Assembly (NCBI RefSeq): GCF_964204645.1
Contig: NC_134031.1
Location: 9,548,001-9,612,000, forward strand
Source: Tubulanus polymorphus
Lineage: Eukaryota > Animalia > Nemertea
Length of the DNA: 64,000 nucleotides
Direction: 5' to 3'
The notes below the pieces were generated by a model that worked only from the letters and a program-made list of their open reading frames with translations, had not been told where the DNA came from and did not search any database. Below are positions 24,361 to 37,268 of the stretch, piece after piece. Each line of letters starts with the position of its first letter. Positions within the stretch are counted from its first letter, which is position 1. The position numbers and the translations under genes were made by a program.

Positions 24361-27300
24361 ACGAATGAAAAAGAAATATATAAATGTGATACATGTGATC
24401 AATCATTCAGTAACAAAAGTTATTATAAAGAACATTTAAAATCTAAAAGTCATATTAGAAATAAGAATAATGATATTTTAGGTGAAGATTATTTTGATAA
24501 AGATAATGATAAGAAACAGAAGACAATTAAAAGCATAAAAAATAAATTAAACAATAAAAGACCATACATGGAAGATGTAAGAAATTAAATTAATTCATTA
24601 GATAATCAAAAAGATATTGAGATAACCGAAGCATTTAAAAGTGATATTGGCCCAGCAGCTATCGAGTTTAAAATTCATAAAGGAAAAACATTAGAAGAAA
24701 ATAAAAAACATTTAGAAAATATGAAAGAAATAATAAAAATAATAACTGATGTTGAATATCCTAAAATTAGTATATCAGTTAACAGTAAAATTTATAAAAT
24801 CTGAAGATAAACCAATATATAATATAAATTCTCATTCACAACATATTATATCTAAACAACATATAGATGATAAATTAGATAAATGTTATAATGAAGTAAA
24901 AACTAAAATAGAAGAGAAATATTTTGAAGGATCTGGTTTAATATTTGATGAAATAATATTTATGACTTTACATGTTTATAACACAAAATACAATAAGTTA
25001 ACTAAATCGAAACCAATTGATGAAAATAATGTATCATTTTATAAAGATGATAATATAAATGGATCAAGTTATATCAAATGTACAAAATTCTGATGATAAA
25101 TGTTTTCTATGGTCAATAATTAGTTGCTTACATCCTGCAACTTATAATATTTGTAGATTAACTCATTATAAACCATTTGAAAATAATTATAAGATAGATA
25201 AGTATCCTGTTAGAATTAAAAACATCCCAAAGATAGAAAGAGATAATAATATAAAGATAAATGTATTTGATTTAATCAAATTACCAAATACAAAAGGTAA
25301 CAATGTAAAACATTATACATTAGAACCTTTATACCTATCAAAAGATTATGATTCAAACGATGTTATAGTTATACTATATTATGAGAATCATTATATGTGG
25401 ATTAAAAGAATTGATTTATTTTTTAAATCAGAAAATGATTTTGATAATAAAATATATCTATGTAGAAAATGTTTACATAGATTCAGTAATGAAAGTGCAT
25501 TAAATCATAAACAATTATGTGAAAATCATTGTAAATTAGTTTTACCAAATGAAAGGGATAAAATATTAGAATTCAAAAAATATGATTACAAAAATAAAGT
25601 ACCATTTGTTATATATGGAGATTTTGAAACATTAAATAAAGAACTAACTGATCAAGATAGAAAAGAAATATATTATAAAAGAAAGAATTTAAATTCTAAT
25701 GAAAATGATTTTTCAGATGAACCACCAATAACAAATACTATTAAAAAGATTCATCAATCAGGTGCAGCTTTCGGATTATATATAAAATCTGATTATCCAG
25801 AACTAATTGAAAGTGAATATTATCATTACAGAAATGAAAATGTTATCAATCATTTTTGTGACTTATTAATTGAATATGAAATAAGATTTAGTAAATTATT
25901 GAATACAAATATAGAAATTATAATGACAGAAGAAGATAAAGAAGAATTTGCGTTTGCAGATAAATGTTATTATTGTGAAAAGATATTTAATTATAAAGAT
26001 AAAAAAGTAAGAGACCATGATCATTTGAATGGAAAGTTTAGAGGCGCTGCACATGAGAATTGTAACTTACAAGCTAAGAAAATTAACTTTGTACCAGTTA
26101 TTTTTCATAATCTATCAGGATATGATGCACATTTATTCATCAAACAGTTATGCCATAAAATAGAAGAAATTAATAATGAAATAGAAAGATTAAATTCAAA
26201 TAGATCAAAAGATAAAATACCAACTTATAAATTTAGAATGTTAGCTAAAACATCTGAGAATTATATATCATTCCAATTTGGTTGCCTAAGATTTATAGAT
26301 TCATATAGATTTTTAAATAGTTCATTAGATAACTTACCAAAATCATTAGTTGATGATGAATTAAAGATATTAAGAGAATATTACCCAAATAATGATGATT
26401 TTCAATTAATGAGATATAAAGGCGCAATTCCATATTCATTTTATAAATCACATAATGATTTCAATATAACTGAATTATTAAAAGAACAATTTTATGATGA
26501 ATTAAAAAATGAATATGTTAAAGATGAAGTATATAATAGAACATTGAATATTTGGAATCATTTCAAAATAGAAAATCATGGACAATTAGTAGATTAATAT
26601 CTAAAATCAGATGTATTATTATTAACCGATATATTCGAAAGGTTTAGAGATGTAAACCTAAAATATTTTAACATTGATCCTTGTCATTGTTATTCATCAC
26701 CAGGATTAACATGGGATTGTGGATTAAAATTTACAGATATAAAAATGGATGTGTTAACAAATATAGATCAATTACTATTATTTGAAAAATCTATAAGAGG
26801 AGGTGTTTCAGGTGTATTAGGTGATAGATATTTCAATGTAAATGATAACCCTGGATATAAGTTATTATATATAGATGCAAATAATTTGTATGGTTGGGCA
26901 ATGATGGAACCACAACTTTATTGAGTATTTGAAATAAGTGAAGTTTTACAACATGAAAATAATGATAAATTTGATTGGAAGAAAAGAATCATAGATATTG
27001 CAGATGATTCAGATACTGGTTACTTTTTTGTTGTAGATTTAGAATATCCTGAACATACTAAATTTAAATCTAGAAATCTAGCATACTGTCCAGAACATAA
27101 AACTGTAACACATGAAGAATTATCAAATTATCAAAAAAGAATTAAACCCGAAAATCATATTCATACAGAAAAGTTAATGGTAACTCAAGAAGATAAATAT
27201 AATTATGTAGTACATTATAGAATGTTATAGAATGTTAAAGTTTTATCTAAAACAAGGAATGATTCTAAAAAAAGTACATAGATATATTTCATTCAGTCAA

Positions 27301-27956
27301 TCTAAGTGGTTAGAAAAATATATAGATTTTAACACCAAACAGAGAACTGAAGCTAAAACTGATTTCGAAAAAGATTTCTTTAAGTTAATGAACAATGCAT
27401 TCTATGGTAAGACTTGTGAAAATATTAGAAATAGAAATGATATTGAGTTAGTTAGTAATGGTAAAAGAATTAGACATTTACAAACATATCCTAAGTTTTT
27501 AGGTAACAGAATATTTGATGAAAATTTAGCTGCAGTTAAGATGAGAAGAACATCAATGAAATTTAATAAACCAATCTATGTTGGCGCATCAGTTTTAGAA
27601 TTATCAAAATTACTAATGTATGAATTCTATTATAATGTATTACAACCACTTTTTGGAGAAAAACATCTAAAATGTATTCATATAAAACTAAAGAACATGA
27701 AGCTAAAAAGTTAAAAGGAATAACCAAAAATGTAGTAGAAAAGAATATTTATTTCAAAGATTACATCAATTGTATATTCAATGAAGAAGTTAGAAAACAT
27801 AAGATGAGATGTTTAAGATCTGAAGATCATGAAATGTTTATTGAAGAAATTGAAAAGATAAGTCTAAACCCATTTGATGATAAAAGATATATTTTAGATG
27901 ATGGAATTCATACAGTTGCTTATGGTTGCAATTTAGATGAATACTTAAAATTTTAA
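24361..27956 (+). pseudogene. Polinton family-B DNA polymerase with inserted Endonuclease VII/HNH-like domain; stops, frameshifts, motif C region deleted
   Basis: YGDFE, CYYC...VRDHDHLNGKFRGAAHENCNL, FHNLSGYDAH, YIDANNLYGWAM, KLMNNAFYGKT; YxDTDS (present in copy D) missing at ~27665. Confidence 0.95.
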
Positions 27957-28036
27957 ACAGAAGAAACAAAAGAGAACGAGAAAATGAAAAGAATTCTAAC
28001 GTGTTAATCAAATTTTAATAAAAATATGTATTATAA

Positions 28037-28392
28037 ATGGAGAGTAAACAAGTACACAGTGAGAACAACAAATCATTTCTAGATAGAATAAAAGATACTT
28101 CAAATGTCAAATCAGTAGATTATAAATTTAAGAAGTTAAAAGAATTAACAATCCATAAGAAATATCTGATTACAAATATTGATACAGTTACTAATAACTA
28201 TGGAGATAAATTAGTTATACACTTAGAATATGAAGGATTAAAAAGGAAATACATATCGATTCAGAACATATTTACTGGATAGATTTCATAGATGATCAAG
28301 TGAAGATTTAGAAGAATTATGTTCTGGAGATTTCTATTTCGTATACAAAGGTTAGAATGAAAAAAGGGCATCATGAAATAGATTTCGAATAA
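28037..28392 (+). pseudogene. Small protein, possibly OB-fold ssDNA-binding
   Basis: TNNYGDKLVIHLE...FRTYL motif; homologues at 50215(-), 51270 and 56345; function is inference. Confidence 0.45.
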
Positions 28393-28406
28393 AATATGTG
28401 AAATAA

Positions 28407-29168
28407 ATGGTGGAATTAAAAGAATACAGAATATTTGTTGATTCTAGAAGGCTTACAAATTATAAATCACATAATTTACTAGTACAATTAGATAGAGAAT
28501 TCAAGAATTGTGTAGATTTAAAATTAGTTTATATAAGTTTATGTAATTCTTTTTATAATATATCGGATAAAACTATTGAACATAGAGCCTTTTTAATTTT
28601 TGATAAAGGTAAAAATGAATGGTCCTATATATATATATTTAAAACCGGGGATATATAATTTAGAAACATTAGCACAAGAAATTAATAGAAAAGCCTGGCA
28701 CAAATTAGGTAGTAGTTCTGGGTTTAGTATTAGATTTTTAAAAAGTGATAGTTCTGATATAATAAAGATAAGGTCTAATAGTGAAAAACATAAATTTATG
28801 GTAAAAAACCTATAGCTAAACTGTTAGGAATTCTTCCAGATAGATCTTTTAAAAATATTGATGCTGTTACACCAAACTTAATACCTTACACACATTTTCA
28901 TATTTATTGCAATTTAATCGATCCTACAAAAACATTCGAAGCAACTAAAGATATAACTTGTAATTCTGGTTTATTAAACATTTTACCATTGAAGAATGTT
29001 AAAGAATTTGGAACGCAAATAAATTATAATTTAACAGAATGTGATTTCAAACCATGCATTCCTAAATTTAATAATTTTAAATTAAAAATAAGAAATCATA
29101 ATGGATATTTAATTGATTTGAATAACTTTCCTGTGATATATGAATTAGTTATAAGATTTAAAGAGTAA
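28407..29168 (+). pseudogene. Minor capsid (penton) protein
   Basis: IFVDSR...VQLDREF..SFYNI..LKPGIYN..KLLGI..HIYCNLID..IRNHNGYLIDLNNFPVIYELVI pattern; frameshifts at ~28630 and ~28808. Confidence 0.75.
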
Positions 29169-29183
29169 TTTTTTCACTATATA

Positions 29184-29525
29184 AATGAATATAACTGTTG
29201 GACCGAGTATATGTTTTGGGTTTGATTTTAAACATGGTAAAGAAATGAGAATTAAACTAAATGATGTAATACTGATATAAAAAGTAAATCATTTAACAAT
29301 GCATCAATGATTAATAAAGAAAATTATAATATAGAAAGAGTAATTGATTTAATTAAATCACCTTTAGAATATTATGAATTAAATGAAGATGGAATTATTG
29401 ATGATATTAAAAACATATTAACCGAAATATATGATAATCATAAAAGTAGTAATGAAATAAATGTTGAATTAATCATCACTAAGATAACTAAATATTTTGA
29501 TGATAGTAATTTTTTTGATAAATAA
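29184..29525 (+). pseudogene. Polinton protein of unknown function
   Basis: MNITVGPSICFG start, homologue at 46470. Confidence 0.6.
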
Positions 29526-29747
29526 ATGAGTGATAATAAGTGGATAATAACTGGATTATATAATGGAGCATTACTATCAGTTGGAACTGTTGGTTATTCA
29601 ATGGTATTAAAAAAAGTATTCAAAATGGGAAGTGTTAATGTTGATAGATTTGATATAAATGATATTTTAAAATTAACATTAGCAGTTACTTTATCTAATT
29701 TAACTAATGATTATTTGGAAAAACAAAAATATATTCCTCCCATATAA
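29526..29747 (+). CDS. 73-aa hydrophobic protein (putative virion membrane protein)
   Basis: Near-identical copy at 46821..47042; two hydrophobic helices. Confidence 0.75.
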   Translation: MSDNKWIITGLYNGALLSVGTVGYSMVLKKVFKMGSVNVDRFDINDILKLTLAVTLSNLTNDYLEKQKYIPPI

Positions 29748-29771
29748 ATGCATATTTTTTTTGTTAAATAA

Positions 29772-30194
29772 ATGGCTTCTGCAATTATAACTATTATAGG
29801 ATCGGCAATTGTTAACGCTTTAGCATTTACTGGTGGTGAATATTTATTTAAACATATTGATAAAAATAGTTCATTAGGAGAACAAAGAAGACATAACTTA
29901 GCATTAGAGAAATATAATAAAGCAGCTGAAGAATATAGAGAAAAGAGACAAAACTATATGGATTACATTAATAAAGAATTATATGATCAGAAGATTTCAC
30001 ATAGAGATTTTCAATCAGTTGATGATGCAATGAGTTTATATTACGCGGTAACCAATAAAGAAAAATTACATCTATACAAACCTAAATTATCAGATTATTA
30101 TACACCAAGTAAAGAACAACAGAAATATGAAATAATATGGATTTTAGGCGGAACTGTTATTGTTATATTTTTAGCATATAAATTTACTAATTAG
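29772..30194 (+). CDS. 140-aa protein with hydrophobic termini and central coiled coil
   Basis: MASAIITIIGSAIVNALAFTGG...EQRRHNLALEKY; homologue at 47067. Confidence 0.75.
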   Translation: MASAIITIIGSAIVNALAFTGGEYLFKHIDKNSSLGEQRRHNLALEKYNKAAEEYREKRQNYMDYINKELYDQKISHRDFQSVDDAMSLYYAVTNKEKLHLYKPKLSDYYTPSKEQQKYEIIWILGGTVIVIFLAYKFTN

Positions 30195-30213
30195 TAATTT
30201 CTTTTCTAAATAA

Positions 30214-30643
30214 ATGGATGATAAAGTTGATAATATTGATATTATTCCTCATGATATAAATAAAACTAAACTAAAAACATATTTAGAAAAACAAATATTA
30301 GAATTTGAAAATGATTTAAAAGTTAAAAAGAAAAAATATTTAAAAAGTAAAATTATATATTATCTTATTATCAGTGGTTCGGTTACAATTAGTAATAACA
30401 TTTCTAGCAATATTCAGTCCATTAACACCTTTAGCTATATCAATTGGCGTATTAGGATTAAGTTCAAGTGTTTTAACCGGTATAAGTTCAAAATTAAATA
30501 TAAAAAGTAATAAAGAAAAAATTAAAACTAATATAAAAGAAATTAATAAATTAAAGAATACACTAGATTATATAATAAGTTTAAATGGCCATATAACAGT
30601 TGAAGAACAAGATAAATTATCAAAAGAATTAGTTAATTATTAA
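30214..30643 (+). pseudogene. Two-TM coiled-coil protein (frameshifted)
   Basis: Overlapping ORFs 30214..30510 and 30374..30643; homologue at ~47509. Confidence 0.65.
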
Positions 30644-30659
30644 TTTTTTAATTATATAA

Positions 30660-32048
30660 ATGGCAGATAGTTTTCCAAAAGCTTTCCAATATAATAAATC
30701 AATTAAATATAATATTCCTGCAATAGATTTTAATAAAGATATTACATATAGAAATGAAGTTTTAGATTCATTAACTAATTTAGAAATTTATGTTACTGAA
30801 ACTAATAATTTTAATGCAAAGATGGAAAATATATTTCATGTATATTTAATTAATTTTAAAAAATTGAAAGATGAAAAACAGTGGTTATTAAAATCTAATA
30901 TGAAGTATTGGCAGAACCAATTAAATTTTGCTGTTTATTGCGCAACAACAGGTTGTGGAATTAGTTGGAATGATCATTTGAATAATTCTAAATATAAATT
31001 AATTCAAAGTTTATTTAGATTTCATACATACTTTCAAATCAGAATAATATTAAATGAATTAGAGTGCGCTTTACCAGGATCTAGATATTTTAAAGAATTA
31101 GATAATAATATTAATTTATCAAAGTTTTATAAAATTTGCAATGAATTTAATATAGATATAAATAATTCTGATTTTAGAAAAAAAATTGGAACAATAAGAT
31201 CACTTCCTTGCCCTAAAAAGATTGCAGAATATTGTGCACTTCCCATACCATCTAATAGTTTTTATAATATCTATAATATTAAATTAGGTTATGGTAAAAT
31301 AGAAACAAAGGATTTAGAAACATTAAATTTCAATAAATTACCGACATTTTATGATAATTTAAAACAAGAAAACAATAATGGTTGGGTTTATTTCATTTTA
31401 GAAAATAGTGAAGGTTTTACTAAATCAGGTATACAAAGAATAAATCAATCTATTAGAACTTATTTGATATGTATTTTAGGTGCACAAGTTGAAACAAGAT
31501 CCCCAATAATTGGAAATTTAAATACATCATTTGATACACAAAAACAATTTAAAGTTTTATTTGAAGATTCCATTCATAATGATAAAAATAGATCGATTCC
31601 GGAAAACATTGTAAGATATCAAAATTATTTAGATAAATCACATATTAGATTAAATTATTGTATAGGCCCTAATCTATTAATTATTTCTAATGATTTAGTA
31701 TTAAAGATGGGAAACATAATTGGTTACAATAATCTAATTAAAACTGCAACAATAAATAATTCATTTGGATTGAATGATATAAATAAAAAGATTATCACTG
31801 CCCCAAAATTAATGGAAGGTGAAAAAAATAAAAAACATATTCAATCAACAGAAACTAAAACTAATAATATTAAATTAAATAATGATTCTAAAATAAAAGA
31901 TTACAATACATCAGAAAATATTAAAACTGATAATATTCAACATGAAATAATTAAACTAAATGATGATAATAAATCCCATGAAAATACTAAATTAGCTATA
32001 ACTTGTATAGGAATTGTAATCGGAGGAATATTATATTTTAAATTTTAA
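30660..32048 (+). CDS. 462-aa conserved Polinton protein with C-terminal TM anchor, function unknown
   Basis: WQNQLNFAVYCATTGCGIS; homologue at ~47850-48740. Confidence 0.8.
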   Translation: MADSFPKAFQYNKSIKYNIPAIDFNKDITYRNEVLDSLTNLEIYVTETNNFNAKMENIFHVYLINFKKLKDEKQWLLKSNMKYWQNQLNFAVYCATTGCGISWNDHLNNSKYKLIQSLFRFHTYFQIRIILNELECALPGSRYFKELDNNINLSKFYKICNEFNIDINNSDFRKKIGTIRSLPCPKKIAEYCALPIPSNSFYNIYNIKLGYGKIETKDLETLNFNKLPTFYDNLKQENNNGWVYFILENSEGFTKSGIQRINQSIRTYLICILGAQVETRSPIIGNLNTSFDTQKQFKVLFEDSIHNDKNRSIPENIVRYQNYLDKSHIRLNYCIGPNLLIISNDLVLKMGNIIGYNNLIKTATINNSFGLNDINKKIITAPKLMEGEKNKKHIQSTETKTNNIKLNNDSKIKDYNTSENIKTDNIQHEIIKLNDDNKSHENTKLAITCIGIVIGGILYFKF

Positions 32049-32064
32049 TTTTTGTATTATGTAA

Positions 32065-33514
32065 ATGGCAGAAGGTGGAGGAGATATTCCATTGGATGGC
32101 GTGGGAAATAATAATGAAGGATTTATACCTGATGAACCACAACCTGATTTTGATGAAACAAGTTTTAATGATGGTAATGAATCAGCATATAATTCTAATT
32201 TAGCAGATAGTGGTTCTAAAGCCCCATCAACTGAGGATTATATTAGAAGAACTAGATCGAGAATAAATCCTGAAAATGAAATTCCAGGTTTATCAAAGGA
32301 AGATATAGAAAATAATGAATTTATATATAAGTTTCAAGATGTATTTGAAAGATCTGGATATAATATAAATTACAGAGGTGCCAGATATTTAGTAGAAGAT
32401 TTAAAGTTTTTAGATGGTGAATATTATTATCGTTTGAAAGATGATTATTATATTGATATCTCTTATAAAAAACAAAAAAAAATATTAGCAGAATCAACTT
32501 TGCTTAAGTTAGACCTATCTAGAATTAAGAGAATAAGAAATAGTAATGAACCAGAAGATGTAACACAAGAAAAAATTATTAAAAATGAAAGAGTATTTAA
32601 ACAAAGAATTAATGAATTATTTGAAACAATCGATAATAATTTAGAACCAGAAACAAGTTCTGAACAGAATATAACTTCCAAAACTAGTAAACCTAATTCA
32701 AGAGGAGTTCAAACTGAAAAACTTTTACCGAAGGGATTACTTGATTCAACAGATCGAGAAATAGAAGCTTTAAGTATGTTTTCTAAAAAAACAATTAGAG
32801 AAATAATAAGTATACGAAATGAAGCTGATAAAATTGCGCGCGAAAAACATATTAGATATAATAAAATTAAACCTTTAGAAAATAAATTATTTGACACCAG
32901 AAAAGAATTAGAACAATTAAAATTAGATCGAGAATTTAAAGTTATTGAAGAAATTGAATTTAAAAAATGCATATTTAGAAAAAGAAATTGATGATTTAGA
33001 ATATAACATAGAATTTCAGAAAGAAAAAATGAAATTATTATTAAAATCATATGATTATTGTATTAATAGATTAAAAGTTGTTGTTAAAGAGTTAATACTA
33101 AAACCAATTTCTGACATATCACTAAAAGATAGAATAAAATTAGTATTTAAGTTTGAAGGAATAACAATTCTTTCAATTCTAACAGCTGTAACTATGTTAT
33201 TTACAACAATTGGTTTAGCAATATCAAATGCTTTGAAATCTACGCCTACTCCCAATAAACCAGATAAACCCCCAGATAATAATTCAATACAAGATAAAGT
33301 TAAAGATGGTTTAAAGAAATTAGCAAAATATTTATGGGAACTATCTAAAAAATCTGCTGCAGCATTACCAGGAGTTATTGCATCAATTGTTGGTTTTATA
33401 TTGAAATCTGCTGGGAATATTCTTAACTTTGCTGCTGAACATATTATTTTATTTTTAATTACGGTTGTAAGTGCAATTATTTTTGGGTTAGTGAACATGA
33501 TAAAAGATAAATAA
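32065..33514 (+). pseudogene. Long coiled-coil protein with C-terminal hydrophobic helices (frameshift at ~32960)
   Basis: ORFs 32065..32991 and 32945..33514; GITILSILTA, ALPGVIASIVGFIL. Confidence 0.7.
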
Positions 33515-33534
33515 TTAATTTTTTTGTTAAATAA

Positions 33535-34782
33535 ATGAGTGGGAGTTATATCAATCCTTCTTAGAATCATAGAATATCTAATGCTATTAAAGCAGAAAGA
33601 TCACATCATATAATTACTCATAATCCTACTAATATTAATCCTGATGAAACTTTATATGTTAGAATTCCTCGATTAACACAAAATACTTTTTATGTTCCAA
33701 ATAGTATTTATTTATCAGCCGATATAAAAGTAATTGGTCATGATAATAATTATGTTATTGATAATGTTGGAAGATATTTGATTAAAAAATTAACTATAAA
33801 GATTGGTCCAGAAACAGTTTTCTCATTAGATGATTATAATTTATTTATGCATTATAAAGGTTTATGGTTAACTAAAGAAAATAGAAATAATATGATATTT
33901 CAAGGCATTCAATCAGAAAACCAAAATAAATTAAGATCAGGAGCTAATGACGCAATAGTAACTCGTACCGCAGATAATTTGATTAAAAAGATTTATGGAA
34001 GCAAATATAAAATTCCATTAGACTTTGAATTGATAAATAATAATGCACCTTTATATAAATACGCAATTCAAGAATACGTTATATTTGAGATAACATTTGC
34101 TCCTGTAAATGAAATTGTATTATCTAGCGTTGTTAAAGATATGAGTTATAAATTATCGAATATATGTTTAGAATATGACACAGTAACTGATGAAAATATT
34201 TCAAGTATAATTCAAACTCAATACAATCAAGGATTTTCATTATTATATGATTATATTGATAAATTTAAAACTGTAACTATTAATGCAAATGATGAAATAA
34301 TTAATGAGAATATTAACTTCCCAAGGAGATCTATTTAAGGCATATTAATATTTTTTACCATTGCAACATATTCTAATGGTGCAATACAGGTCGATAAGTA
34401 TTATAATCCTGAAATAACAAAAGTAGAAATAACTATCGAAGGAATAGCAAATAAAATATTTTGTCAAGGAATGAGAATGATAGATCAGTGGCCAGAAATT
34501 AGAAAACATTTTATGAATGAAAAAGTAAAATCATCTGAAAATTGTAATATTAATCAAATTGATTATTATACCGGTAATAAATATGCATTATGGTTAGATT
34601 TTAGAACAACAGAGGATAATTTATTACATGGTTCTGGAAAAAAATTACAAAACACTAAAGATGGAATACAATTATTCATGACAAAGAAAAAAGGAAGTCT
34701 AAATTTCAAAATGCACATTTATATTATATCTGACGCGCAATTAAATATTGTAAATTCTCAATTAAATAGTGTCATGTATTAA
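33535..34782 (+). pseudogene. Major capsid protein (double jelly-roll type), ~415 codons with two in-frame stops
   Basis: Single frame across 33535/33778/34471; HNPTNINPDETLYVRIP, NVGRYLIKKL, YKLSNICLEYD, DFRTTEDNLLHGSG; size and position fit a Polinton MCP. Confidence 0.8.
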
Positions 34783-34831
34783 GTGTTATGAAATATTAAA
34801 ATTTTAACTTTAATAAAAAATCTTATATTAA

Positions 34832-35686
34832 ATGGAAGGTGGAATATATGAAATACAAACTCCAAGTGAAATGATATCAGATATATATTATATATTACCA
34901 TATGATGAATACAGTAAGTATTTTGGAGATTACTTTAATCAATTCAAATATAGAATAAGTAAAATAAAAGATAATATTGAAACTAAAATAGAAAATAATA
35001 TTGAAACTAAAATAGAAGATAAGAATGATATTGAATATAAAATAGAAGATAATATTGAAACTAAAATAGAAGATAAGAATGATATTGAATATAAAATAGA
35101 AGATGTAACAGCATCTACATCTTATAATATACCCTCTACATATGATATTGAATCAAAAAAGACAAATGAAAAATATTGTGACGTATGTAAACAGTATAAA
35201 AGTTATAAGAATTGGGCAACTCATCTTAATTCACTCAAGCATAAGAAAAATAAGAATAAGACTATAAATGAATTGAATAATGATAGTGAAATTGATAATG
35301 ATAATGTTAAAGAAGATAAATATTGTGAAGAATGTGATAAATATATAAGTCGTAGTAATTTTTCAAAGCATAAATTAACTCAAATACATTTGGATAATAT
35401 AGAAAGAAATGTATGTGAAAAGTGTAATGTTGTTGTATTACCTAAAGATAGAATTAAACATGATAATTCTTTTGAACATACAATAAAAGTTGCTGATTCA
35501 AATAACCTTTATAGAGTACCAACTGTATTTTTTGATATCGAAAATAATTATCATAGGAAATTATATAGATCAATTTTTATCGATTATGTAAGAAATAATC
35601 CAAAACAAGTATTATCAGATATTGAAACTGGTATGACGCGTATAAAAATTGATCTATATAATAATGGGGTATACATTATTTCATAA
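34832..35686 (+). CDS. 284-aa protein with short tandem repeats and three C2H2-like zinc fingers
   Basis: NIETKIE repeats; YCDVCK..HLNSLKH, YCEECD..HKLTQIH, CEKCN..HDNSFEH. Confidence 0.8.
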   Translation: MEGGIYEIQTPSEMISDIYYILPYDEYSKYFGDYFNQFKYRISKIKDNIETKIENNIETKIEDKNDIEYKIEDNIETKIEDKNDIEYKIEDVTASTSYNIPSTYDIESKKTNEKYCDVCKQYKSYKNWATHLNSLKHKKNKNKTINELNNDSEIDNDNVKEDKYCEECDKYISRSNFSKHKLTQIHLDNIERNVCEKCNVVVLPKDRIKHDNSFEHTIKVADSNNLYRVPTVFFDIENNYHRKLYRSIFIDYVRNNPKQVLSDIETGMTRIKIDLYNNGVYIIS

Positions 35687-36032
35687 AATTTAAAAATATA
35701 GATTTTTTAACAGAATTGAAAAAAGTTGCTGCTAATGATAATATAAGTGATAACTTTGATGAAATAATTCAATACTACAGTTATGAAGATTTTTCACAGG
35801 ATGTTATAAATAAAATAAGAAATGATGCAAAAAGTAAACATAAAAATATAAGTGAAGACAAATTAAACCAATATATTTATTTAACTTATGAATTGTTTGC
35901 TAAGGGTTTGAATGCGGTTGATGGTTATCATACTAAACTATTAGGTGAAAGAAGATCACAAGAATTAAAAGATGCATGGCTCAAATTGTTTTCAGAATTA
36001 GAATCAGAAAAGTAATTTAAAATATGAATATA

Positions 36033-36612
36033 ATACCCCTTGTGTCTTTATTGTCTTTAGTAGGCTTAGTACTTTTAGTACATAAAGAATAAATCTTTAT
36101 TTTATTAGTAGTGAATAAAATTATTTTTATAACTACTAAACTACTAAAGACAATAAAGACATAAATATATATATATTACTGTTTCAATAATTATATTTAT
36201 TCATCTGATGGATTTTATATATTACTGTTTCAATAACTAAATCTATTTATCACACATATTTATTATATATTACTGTTTCAATAATGATAAATATTATAGA
36301 TTTATCATATATAAAAATTATTTATATATTTATTTTTCTAAGTACTAATAAAATAAAGATTTATTCTTTATGTACTAAAAGTACTAAAAGTACTAAAGAT
36401 AATAAAGACATAACAAACACACATAGATGTAATAAATATCATAGATTTATTATATGTATTTGATTCAGTAATGATAAATCTATGTGTGTTTGTTATGTCT
36501 TTATTATCTTTAGTAGTTTAGTAGTTCTATTTTATTTTTAAAGTATTAATAATATGAAGATTTATTCTTTATTTACTAAAAGTACTAAAGATAATAAAGA
36601 CATAAGGGGTAT
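36033..36612. repeat. Internal inverted-repeat module at the convergence of the two gene blocks
   Basis: ATACCCCTTGTGTCTTT...AAAGACATAAGGGGTAT; homologous to 5837-6508. Confidence 0.85.
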
Positions 36613-36669
36613 CAGGTATTAGGGTATCTAATAGGGTATCTAATACATAGATATATAAATAGTTATTTT

Positions 36670-37268
36670 ATAAATTTATATTCATAGGGAAATTGTAGTA
36701 ATAATTTTGAACCTTTATTATTCTTTAATTTATTCATATATTCATCATGTAATTCAGTAGGTATAATTTGATTTTCTTCCAATTATTGTTGCATAGATTT
36801 TTTATCTTTGTTATAAAATAAAACTAGAAATCTTATATTCTCCCTAAAGTCTTTAACAATTGAATTATATTTTTGATTTAAAACCCATGTTGTTATCCCA
36901 AAATGTCTCCCAGAGAAAGCTAGATAACATAACTCACTTTCTCTTACTTTTGAATCATGTAAATTTGCGCAATCATCTATATTGAATAATGTATTTGATC
37001 CTTTATAAGTATCAATTGCTATTTTAATACAATTATCTAAATTTTCTTTTACTGTTTTAGGATCTAATATAATAAACTTTTTCATCTTAACTATATCTCT
37101 ATTATATGTTTTATTCATTTCATAAGTAGGGCAGAATAATATTATATTATCAAAATGATTCTTATAAATAGTTTCTAACAAATCTAATATGAAATGTGTT
37201 TTACCACAATTGGTTACTCCAGTAACTAACATATTGTGCGGTCCAAATATAAATAAATCTTTATTCAT
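36670..37268 (-). pseudogene. A32/FtsK-like genome-packaging ATPase
   Basis: Walker A GVTNCGKT, Walker B IDDC, SGRHFGI..Q..FREN; premature stop at 36783. Confidence 0.9.

Noticed and set aside
32463-33570. Minus-strand ORFs 32463, 32709, 33055 (also 4275, 41635, 49726)
   Set aside because: Antisense shadows of genuine genes
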